DNA of 64,000 nt from a virus (taxonomy: Duplodnaviria; Caudoviricetes): the IMG/VR virus record IMGVR_UViG_3300033074_001484, positions 64,001 to 128,000 of that record; one strand, written 5' to 3'. Made by a program: the position numbers and the translations under genes. Positions 8,423 to 15,103 of the stretch are shown here, one piece after another. Positions within the stretch are counted from its first letter, which is position 1. Each line of letters opens with the position of its first letter. The notes under the pieces are model-generated. The model saw nothing but the letters and a program-made list of their open reading frames with translations. It ran no database searches and was not told where the DNA came from.

Positions 8423-8515
8423 CGATGGACAGAGGACTCGAACCCCAACCAAGCTACTAACCCGGTCCACCAGTTTTCAAGACTGGGGCAGCACCCACTG
8501 GCCGCATTATCCATC
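8423..8515 (-). tRNA. tRNA-Ser(UGA), atypical D arm
   Basis: GATGGAT/GTCCATC, G73, loop CTTGAAA, long variable arm. Confidence 0.82.
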
Positions 8516-8524
8516 AAACATACA

Positions 8525-8833
8525 TTAATGGCATGTATTTATGCAAGTATCGCACAATATATATGCCGACTGATATACTGGAACTGTGTCACACATTCCC
8601 GATGACAGTTCAACACCTTCAAATCGGGAACTGTTTATTTTTTGAGTTATCCGAATTTTCTCAGATGTGTGCGTATCAATTACAATATCACCAACTTCAA
8701 TTCCATTAATCGGAAATTGAGAGAGTGGATGATATTCACTATCGATACACCCCATAAAAATCAAAAAACTAATTAATGTTAATAGTCTCATTTTATACTC
8801 CATTTTCAAATAGTACCTACAAATATATATCAA
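8525..8833 (-). CDS. putative lipoprotein (start probably at MRLL)
   Basis: MRLLTLISFLIFMGC lipobox-like signal. Confidence 0.55.
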   Translation of the reverse strand: MIYICRYYLKMEYKMRLLTLISFLIFMGCIDSEYHPLSQFPINGIEVGDIVIDTHTSEKIRITQKINSSRFEGVELSSGMCDTVPVYQSAYILCDTCINTCH

Positions 8834-8844
8834 AACAAGTTAAT

Positions 8845-8918
8845 TGGAAGACATAGATGGAATCGAACCATCGTATCAGGTTTTGCAGACCTGCACCTAA
8901 CCACTCGGCCATATGTCC
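8845..8918 (-). tRNA. tRNA-Cys(GCA)
   Basis: Loop CTGCAAA, U73, encoded CCA. Confidence 0.92.
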
Positions 8919-9269
8919 AGTTTCAAATTGTTTTTAAATTAAAAAAAAGGGGTGGGGTTAGAATTTTTAAGACCTCGGTCACAGGAGTGTTAGCATATTT
9001 CAGGATTGCTCCATTGTCGCCGTCCCCCGGCCCCTTTTAATTGACGGTAAGAGCGAATCAAGAGTGTTTTATCCTGTGGCTACAAAGAAACACACAACGT
9101 TCGCCCGGATTTTTAGATTCGCTTCACCATCATTTTTGTTTAGGCTACTTTATCCGCACTTCTTTGGCGACCACCCCAACCAGTTTGCATCAATTTCACC
9201 AAGGTAGCATAACATCTTCATTGGTTAGAATCCGACTTCTGCTGCCTATCTTTTTTTATTAACATTTTG

Positions 9270-9355
9270 TACCGCTGACAGGACTTGAACCTGCACGACC
9301 ATTACTGGTCGTTGGGGCTTAAACCCAATGTGTCTGCCATTTCCACCACAGCGGC
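9270..9355 (-). tRNA. tRNA-Leu(UAA)
   Basis: GCCGCTG/CAGCGGT, loop TTTAAGC, long variable arm. Confidence 0.92.
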
Positions 9356-9442
9356 AAATAATCAGATCACAAATCTCCGACATTAAACGGGACTCTGCCA
9401 AACATTTGATTAGATATTTTTTTATATAATATGTTAAATTGG

Positions 9443-9976
9443 TTATTTGATAACGTTAATTACCGCATCATTAAATATGACAAGAATATCGTCATTCACA
9501 TCATTGACCACCCGCATTCCGGAAATCCCGGCTCTTGAAAGAAATTCACTAACATCTTTAAATGATTTCAGATGGTTGCGGTAAATTCGCATCAGGAATT
9601 CATAGAATTCATATACATCAGATAAAACAGAGAATTTGCCATACTTTGGATTATTGAAAAACTCATCGGCCTTGAACCATGACATAGATTCCAACTTCAA
9701 TTGCCTGTATATTTTTTTCAATTGAGTTGGCGTGACTTTCTTATATAATATATCTGCTGAAGGGTCTATGGTCACTTGCGTTACAACTGGACCATACGTT
9801 TTAGCCCGATTCGGATCGGAAATAAAATATAAACCATACCCATGATAATTCGATATAGAACGACCCCCCTGCCCTATTTTAGACATTGAGAATTTCTTTA
9901 TTGGCATAGATGAGCCATGATACCACGTCATTTTTGATGTGGTATTAATACTCTCAAGAATATGCACTAATTGCAT
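9443..9976 (-). CDS. ADP-ribosyltransferase-like protein (ART-PolyVal-like)
   Basis: WYHGS..F..GYGLYFI..A..YG..LVIFN pattern. Confidence 0.7.
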   Translation of the reverse strand: MQLVHILESINTTSKMTWYHGSSMPIKKFSMSKIGQGGRSISNYHGYGLYFISDPNRAKTYGPVVTQVTIDPSADILYKKVTPTQLKKIYRQLKLESMSWFKADEFFNNPKYGKFSVLSDVYEFYEFLMRIYRNHLKSFKDVSEFLSRAGISGMRVVNDVNDDILVIFNDAVINVIK

Positions 9977-10185
9977 TACACTGAATCTGTCTTGTCCTTG
10001 GCAGCTTTAGTTGCCAATGCGGTGGCCTTTACCTCAGAAGGGTCTCGGCGATTGGTTTTTTCCCGAAAATGTTTTTGCTGAATTTCACTTGGAAACTTTT
10101 TCCACAACCAATGCTCGATTATTTCACCCTTTTTGTAACGGCTCCAGTCAGATGTGCATTCGTAAAGTTTCATATAATCCTCCAT
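9976..10185 (-). CDS. hypothetical protein
   Basis: 69-aa ORF with a TATTTAT motif upstream. Confidence 0.6.
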   Translation of the reverse strand: MEDYMKLYECTSDWSRYKKGEIIEHWLWKKFPSEIQQKHFREKTNRRDPSEVKATALATKAAKDKTDSV

Positions 10186-10360
10186 AATGTTTGTAAATAT
10201 AAATAGTGAAAATATTGATCAATCGTCAAATTCATGATTGCATTTGTTGCATATATACTTATAACCCATGTATTTGCCAATATCCACGACCACATGATGG
10301 CGGACATGAAAATACATACACCACACAAGTTTCAATGTTTTCATGATTAAATGTGTTTTG

Positions 10361-10436
10361 CGGTGTATATGGGAATTGAACCCATCTGATGTCCTGCGTG
10401 ACAGGCAGGTGGCCACACCATGCAGCCCCATACACC
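10361..10436 (-). tRNA. tRNA-Asp(GUC)
   Basis: GGTGTAT/ATACACC, G73, loop CTGTCAC. Confidence 0.9.
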
Positions 10437-10451
10437 TAAAATTACGGTTAG

Positions 10452-10523
10452 TAGTGCCGACGGGAATCGAACCCGCGTCACCGGATTGAAAGTCCGATAT
10501 CTTAACCACTTGACCACGGCACC
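10452..10523 (-). tRNA. tRNA-Glu(UUC)
   Basis: GGTGCCG/CGGCACT, loop CTTTCAA. Confidence 0.92.
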
Positions 10524-10526
10524 AAA

Positions 10527-10790
10527 TTAATCCTCATCGTAATGTTTATATAATCCTTCCATATACCCAATTATCCGCATCATACGTATTTTGACATACG
10601 TATTTTGAATTTGACGGGCTTTTTCGGCAAATTCTTTAGAAAACGCATCAAGTTCTTCTTTGTTAGATATTTTTTCTACACGTTTTTCAAATTCGTCCAA
10701 AATATCCCATTCTTTTTTTGCACGGCGGGAAACACTATACATTACCCACCCAAATAGTATAGTAACAATTACGATGATTAAGATTTCCAT
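10527..10790 (-). CDS. membrane-anchored hypothetical protein
   Basis: Start MEILIIVIV (longer ORF overlaps tRNA-Gly); N-terminal TM helix. Confidence 0.65.
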   Translation of the reverse strand: MEILIIVIVTILFGWVMYSVSRRAKKEWDILDEFEKRVEKISNKEELDAFSKEFAEKARQIQNTYVKIRMMRIIGYMEGLYKHYDED

Positions 10791-10810
10791 AGTCAATTGT
10801 AATTTAAAAT

Positions 10811-10884
10811 TGGAGCAGGTGCTGAGAATCGAACTCAGATATTCGGTTTGGAAGACCGACACATTACCGTTATGCTACACCTGC
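10811..10884 (-). tRNA. tRNA-Gly(UCC)
   Basis: GCAGGTG/CACCTGC, loop CTTCCAA, encoded CCA. Confidence 0.93.
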
Positions 10885-10890
10885 AAAACG

Positions 10891-10961
10891 CTGTCGCAAT
10901 AGGACTCGAACCTATAACAACTGATTAACAATCAGACGTGATACCATTTCACCATACGACA
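10891..10961 (-). tRNA. tRNA-Asn(GUU)
   Basis: TGTCGTA/TGCGACA, G73, loop TTGTTAA. Confidence 0.88.
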
Positions 10962-10969
10962 TCCCCGGC

Positions 10970-11128
10970 TTATTCGGGAGCTACTTCACTCGTCGAATCA
11001 ACAGTGACTGCCGGAGTATCGGAACTTACCGGCGCGTCGGGAGACGATTCAGGTGTTGATGTACAGGACACCATAGCCATGATAATGATGACCCCCAACA
11101 TACAATACAAAACGTTCTTCATAAACAT
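10970..11128 (-). CDS. small Ser/Pro/Thr-rich lipoprotein
   Basis: Own translation MFMKNVLYCMLGVIIIMAMVSCTSTPESSPDAPVSSDTPAVTVDSTSEVAPE; lipobox MVSC. Confidence 0.65.
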   Translation of the reverse strand: MFMKNVLYCMLGVIIIMAMVSCTSTPESSPDAPVSSDTPAVTVDSTSEVAPE

Positions 11129-11162
11129 AAATACCTCAATTTGGTTTGTTAATAAAAACTCG

Positions 11163-11233
11163 ACGCTCTGATGGGGATCGAACCCATATCATGAAATCCA
11201 AAGTTTCAGATGTTACCATTACACCACAGAGCA
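11163..11233 (-). tRNA. tRNA-Gln(UUG)
   Basis: TGCTCTG/CAGAGCG, loop CTTTGGA. Confidence 0.9.
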
Positions 11234-11238
11234 ATTTG

Positions 11239-11346
11239 TGACCTGAGTTGGACTCGAACCAACGTACTCGTGTTAGGTTCGCCCAAGATCATTAGGGAAG
11301 CCCGACCTAACCGTCAGTGTGTTTTATCCCGTTAAACTACCAAGTC
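11239..11346 (-). ncRNA. tRNA-like RNA with an expanded anticodon domain
   Basis: Intact acceptor, D and T arms; about 55-nt insert containing a GTTAGGT/ACCTAAC stem. Confidence 0.7.
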
Positions 11347-11380
11347 GCGGCTTCTTCTCATGCATGAGTTTTTTTAATTG

Positions 11381-11453
11381 CTCCGGCGACAGGACTCGAA
11401 CCTGCAACCTATTGATTACAAATCAATTGCACTACCAATTGTGCTACCCCGGA
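11381..11453 (-). tRNA. tRNA-Thr(UGU) with an Asn-like acceptor end
   Basis: Loop TTTGTAA; TCCGGGG/CGCCGGA, G73. Confidence 0.85.
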
Positions 11454-11531
11454 ATGGACAGGCATTTTTTATTGTTCTTTATGCGGCTACCCTGAATCCC
11501 CACACATCAGTTGAGAGCGACCCAACATTCG

Positions 11532-11605
11532 TGGATCAACCGGGACTTGAACCCGGACCATCTACCTTGCAAAGGTAGCGCATTATCCATTTTTGCTATT
11601 GACCC
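11532..11605 (-). tRNA. tRNA-Ala(UGC)
   Basis: G3:U70 pair, loop TTTGCAA. Confidence 0.92.
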
Positions 11606-11613
11606 ATTTTTTG

Positions 11614-11686
11614 TTGCAAATGTCGGACTCGAACCGCAATACTAAGTCCCAAACTTAGCGTGTTACCTGATTACACTACATTCGCA
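11614..11686 (-). tRNA. tRNA-Pro(UGG), possible 8/4 fold
   Basis: Loop TTTGGGA; acceptor TGCGAATG/CATTTGCA, short T stem. Confidence 0.8.
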
Positions 11687-11709
11687 ATATATTCTTTTAT
11701 TCTTTTTTG

Positions 11710-11781
11710 TACCTTCGGAAGGAATCGAACCCTCATTGCAGGAGTAGAAATCCTATGTCTTATCCGTTAGACGACGAAGGC
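11710..11781 (-). tRNA. tRNA-Arg(UCU)
   Basis: GCCTTCG/CGAAGGT, loop TTTCTAC. Confidence 0.9.
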
Positions 11782-11812
11782 AGTTGCTCTATCCTGCTGA
11801 GCTATGGGAGTG
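11776..11812 (-). pseudogene. 5'-half remnant of a second Arg-like tRNA
   Basis: CTCCCATAGCTCAGCAGGATAGAGCAACT runs into GCCTTC, the start of tRNA-Arg(UCU). Confidence 0.6.
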
Positions 11813-11851
11813 AAATAATCTACTTCAATTACCGGCAAGCTCACCCATTTG

Positions 11852-11951
11852 TAGCAACGGAGAGAATCGAACTCCCATGTCTTAAAGTTTTTACATTATT
11901 ATACTTTAAAACCTATACAAGTAATGAGCTTGTATCCACCAGAGCGTTGCT
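11852..11951 (-). ncRNA. D-arm-less tRNA-like RNA (CAU) with a giant variable arm
   Basis: AGCAACG/CGTTGCT acceptor; TACAAG-CTCATTA-CTTGTA arm; canonical T arm. Confidence 0.7.
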
Positions 11952-11964
11952 ATATTTATTTTTG

Positions 11965-12069
11965 TAGTCAGGGCTGGATTTGAACCAGCAATGGACAGTT
12001 CGGCGCCTGTCCTCGAAAACCACGGTCTGTCTCCGTTTATCTAGCGTCTACCAATTCCGCCACCTGACT
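11965..12069 (-). ncRNA. Leu-like tRNA mimic with a non-canonical anticodon arm
   Basis: AGTCAGG/CCTGACT; Leu-type D arm GGCGGAATTGGTAGACGC; loop AGACAGA lacks U33. Confidence 0.7.
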
Positions 12070-12325
12070 ATTTTAGTTGTGAATGAAATGCTTTATCAGT
12101 TCCATCAAACTCAACGGCTCTATAGTACGTGTTTATCCCTCCTATCATCTTTCCATCGTCCTTATGGCAGTCACAGTCTTTAAAACATTGACAACCCTTA
12201 TAACGGAAGATGTATCTTTCATCTTTTTCCCACTTTCTAAAGTTTTGTCCATTGTGCTCAATAATTGGTAATGAGTTTAGAAACTCATTTGATACCAATC
12301 GTAATGGATTAAGTATCTTCTTCAT
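12068..12325 (-). CDS. hypothetical protein
   Basis: Start MKKILNP; CQCFKDCDC cluster. Confidence 0.55.
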   Translation of the reverse strand: MKKILNPLRLVSNEFLNSLPIIEHNGQNFRKWEKDERYIFRYKGCQCFKDCDCHKDDGKMIGGINTYYRAVEFDGTDKAFHSQLK

Positions 12326-12341
12326 TGTTTGATAGTTTAAA

Positions 12342-12568
12342 AACCAACCCGCCCACTCCAATTGTGGAGTATTTTAGTATGTCCAAGAATCGGCATTTGC
12401 TCAAATTCTCTGCCTCTGTCAACGGCAAGTTTAACGACTTATTACAAAACTAAAATACATTCATCCAGACCTAAACACCTCTTGGATGGTGTTGGTAACA
12501 ACCTTTCTAAAGGGCATTAATATCCAGTTACGACTGGTGTTACCTGTCTGTAATGAATCGGGTTGGTT
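12342..12568 (-). ncRNA. candidate multi-branched structured RNA (about 227 nt)
   Basis: Perfect 10-bp closing helix AACCAACCCG/CGGGTTGGTT plus several nested stems; no credible ORF. Confidence 0.55.
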
Positions 12569-13012
12569 ATTTTAAGTTAGAAAAAAATCCCATATAAAGA
12601 AGCCTTTTATATGGGCAAACTGGTACCACCCAGTTTCATGGTACTTCAGCAAGGTTCTGCCTAACAAACCTAATAATATTTTCGGCAGTTGGTTATTATT
12701 TCACCCGGCTTGTAAAGATGAATTTTACCCAATTACGAAGTCACTTTATAATACTCAAACAGCCAAAGTGACAAATCGCATTTGGTAGATGCGTTTTCTG
12801 TTTGAGGTTTAATATTTGATCAGAGTAAAAAAACAAATTTCAAAGAACAAAACCTCTGATTAAACCACCCCGCTTCGGTCTATCCACACGGTGGTTTTTT
12901 TATTCTTAGGCACGGAAAAAAATTGCAGAACTGTCGTGTTTGCCTTTTAAATTCAGCCGGTTATACCCTGACAGTTGGGATGCGGTTAAACCCCGCTCTT
13001 TGCCACTCTGCA

Positions 13013-13272
13013 GTGAACTACCCATTTGCTAAAGACAAATGGGCTTCGGGCTTCACGGACGACTGCTGATTGCTCAGTCTAACATCATCTCCACCCGTGT
13101 AATCGCCAGTTCCTGACGATATTGTTTTTAATCCTTCTTTCAGAATGTTCTTTGCAGCATTTAAATCACGGTCTAAAACGTGTCCGTTTTTGCAAGTCCA
13201 TTCTCTTATTGAAAGATTTAAGTCTTGATTTATCCAACCACACTCACAACAGGTTTTACTTGATGGGTAAAA
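13013..13272 (-). mobile_element. tnpB: IS200/IS605-family remnant: tnpB 3' fragment with right end / omega-RNA region
   Basis: Own translation [38 protein letters not shown]; subterminal hairpin CCCATTTG/CAAATGGG ending TTCAC. Confidence 0.88.
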
Positions 13273-13324
13273 GCATATAAATCACTATATAAGATATCAA
13301 CGTTATTGTCAATGGTATAGTGTC

Positions 13325-13531
13325 TTAATTCAAGTTTTTTTGCATATCTTTTGCTATCTGGGCATACTCATACGCCTCATCTTCAACACAGGCTTTAATA
13401 AATGCCTGTAAATCTTCATCTGTTGCATCTGTTAAAAACTGTACGACCTCATCTTTATTTTTGAATAATACGGAAGGTCTACAAAGCTCTTCATACCGTT
13501 CAATCAATTGTGATAACGTCATTTTTTTCAT
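13325..13531 (-). CDS. hypothetical protein with a UVR-like C-terminus
   Basis: Start MKKMTLSQLIE (longer ORF overlaps tRNA-Arg); EDEAYEYAQIAKD. Confidence 0.6.
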   Translation of the reverse strand: MKKMTLSQLIERYEELCRPSVLFKNKDEVVQFLTDATDEDLQAFIKACVEDEAYEYAQIAKDMQKNLN

Positions 13532-13542
13532 ATATCTATTTT

Positions 13543-13617
13543 TGGTACCCTTGGAAGGACTCGAACCCTCATCTTCGGAGCCGAAATCCGGCATTCTATC
13601 CATTGAACTACAAAGGC
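13543..13617 (-). tRNA. tRNA-Arg(UCG)
   Basis: Loop TTTCGGC, encoded CCA. Confidence 0.9.
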
Positions 13618-13665
13618 AAATGATGTCCGATGAATACATTGCCGACACACTACAATATATTTACC

Positions 13666-13837
13666 GGACCCGCACAATACACATATTTTGTGTTACGACA
13701 TACTGTTTCCAGCATGAAGGCACAAGGAAGGGTTTCTAATCCGCTTCTGAATCTTCACGAACTCCTGTGTGCTGCCGAGCTTTTTAAAAAAACTCTCATG
13801 GTCACCCGCAACCTAAACGGTTAAGTTGGTAGGGGCC
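13666..13837 (-). ncRNA. candidate structured RNA (about 170 nt)
   Basis: Closing GGCCC/GGGTC and five hairpins including CATGCTG-GAAA-CAGTATG. Confidence 0.45.
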
Positions 13838-13877
13838 AATAACGCTAAAATGTCAAACAACTTTTATACAACTTTTG

Positions 13878-13953
13878 TGGCAGGGGCGGGACTCGAACCC
13901 GCATCATCCGGCTTATGAGACCGGCACTGGTGGCCATTCCAGACTACCCTGCT
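13878..13953 (-). tRNA. tRNA-Met(CAU), initiator-like
   Basis: A1xC72 mismatch, loop CTCATAA. Confidence 0.85.
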
Positions 13954-13956
13954 ATG

Positions 13957-14026
13957 TACCCCCGGATGGAATCGAACCATCGTCTTACGATTAAAAGTCG
14001 AAGCTCTACCATTGAGCTACGAGGGC
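13957..14026 (-). tRNA. tRNA-Lys(UUU)
   Basis: GCCCTCG/CGGGGGT, loop CTTTTAA. Confidence 0.9.
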
Positions 14027-14159
14027 ATATACACAAACGCCCCGATTTTTAGGCCGGGGCGTTGTTGTACATGTACAACATGTACGTTTTATAACCCCTG
14101 TTTATGATTCTGTCCACCCATAGTCACTCCTACATACAATAAGTAGTAGGAAAAAGTTC

Positions 14160-14206
14160 AAAAATTGGGGGAGAGAATGAAAAACCCTCCAAACACCTCT
14201 CCCCCG
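14160..14206 (-). terminator. probable intrinsic terminator
   Basis: GGGGGAGAG/CTCTCCCCC stem then AATTTTT, just after the ORF ending at 14215. Confidence 0.55.
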
Positions 14207-14214
14207 GCAAAAGG

Positions 14215-14640
14215 CTATCTTACAGGGTACAGTTCATACCCTTTTCGGTTTGCATCAATGGGGGTAAGCGTTTTTTCCAAGGTGCAAGCCCCGGTAAATC
14301 GGGCAAATTTGGCATTGATACACACCAATGTTTGCGGATTTTTTGTTCTGGCCGGTGTAAATTTGTATCCCGTGGGATTCTTAACAAGAAACAACCGGGG
14401 ACGTTTGTTTGAAGCATCCAAAGTAGCCGCAACCAACTCAATGGTTGTGCCCTTTTCCATCTCCTTCACAGTCATAAACTGCTTGGCAGCATCCCGCGAC
14501 AGTGCAGCATACCCACGTTGTGAGATGGTGAATCCGGGATTTTTATCCATTCGGCCTTGCGATTTTCCAACAATAAAGACTATTGTCAGCCCACCGGTTC
14601 CACTTTGGGTTGCTTTTGTCGTTTTTGTTGCTGTGTCCAT
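14215..14640 (-). CDS. basic hypothetical protein
   Basis: 141-aa ORF with an upstream TAnnTTTG element and a downstream terminator. Confidence 0.65.
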   Translation of the reverse strand: MDTATKTTKATQSGTGGLTIVFIVGKSQGRMDKNPGFTISQRGYAALSRDAAKQFMTVKEMEKGTTIELVAATLDASNKRPRLFLVKNPTGYKFTPARTKNPQTLVCINAKFARFTGACTLEKTLTPIDANRKGYELYPVR

Positions 14641-14666
14641 TTTGTTTTGTTTTGTTGTTTAGGATA

Positions 14667-14674
14667 CAAAGATA
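14667..14674 (-). promoter_or_regulatory. Bacteroidota-type -7 promoter element TATCTTTG
   Basis: Matches TAnnTTTG; similar copies at 8820, 15580, 17897 and 32490, all near gene starts. Confidence 0.6.
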
Positions 14675-14736
14675 TTACAAAGGTTGTAATTTGAAGCGAT
14701 GTCAAGACATATTTTTTATTATAATTTGTTAATAAG

Positions 14737-15099
14737 TTAATATGTTAATGTGAACGCCCTATGGTATTGGTATACATCACGTGGTGGCACGTTTCTTTTT
14801 ATAGGATGCGCTATATACACACGCACACAATCGCCTGTACAGTTAGAAGTAATATACCATATCATATCCGCATCCCTTCGTCGATTTGTAAACAACACTG
14901 AATTGCGGATATTGCGAAAATAATGCCGATGTGATACTATGTTTATCAACACATGTGAATCTCGCATGTGATCCACATACTTGACGACGTGCGTAGCCTC
15001 AGATGGTTTGTTGGTTATATACACACAATACTGCGCTATTACTGGATTCATTAATAGAAACCACATACAAAATAGGCAGCCTATGTATTTCAGCATCAT
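14737..15099 (-). CDS. secreted hypothetical protein
   Basis: Signal peptide ending VIA-Q; repeated V-Y-x-T..A-D units. Confidence 0.6.
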   Translation of the reverse strand: MMLKYIGCLFCMWFLLMNPVIAQYCVYITNKPSEATHVVKYVDHMRDSHVLINIVSHRHYFRNIRNSVLFTNRRRDADMIWYITSNCTGDCVRVYIAHPIKRNVPPRDVYQYHRAFTLTY

Positions 15100-15103
15100 T
15101 TCT

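Noticed and set aside
8423-8515. Selenocysteine or suppressor tRNA
   Set aside because: The anticodon reads UGA (Ser), not UCA; no CUA, UUA or UCA anticodon was found, and long genes translate intact with the standard code.
12342-12568. tmRNA, RNase P, SRP RNA or group I intron assignment
   Set aside because: Diagnostic motifs (alanyl acceptor ends, GAGGAAAGUCC, SRP loop, P7) were not found.
10219-13824. Track ORFs overlapping tRNAs (e.g. 10660..10902, 11378..11578, 11707..11967, 13461..13739, and the 5' parts of 10219..10509 and 13325..13648)
   Set aside because: They are translations of tRNA sequence; starts were moved or the ORFs dropped.
4600-14030. HDV-like (theta) ribozymes at tRNA 3' ends
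   Set aside because: Sequences right after the tRNAs are AT-rich linkers or other genes; I could not see the nested double pseudoknot by eye.
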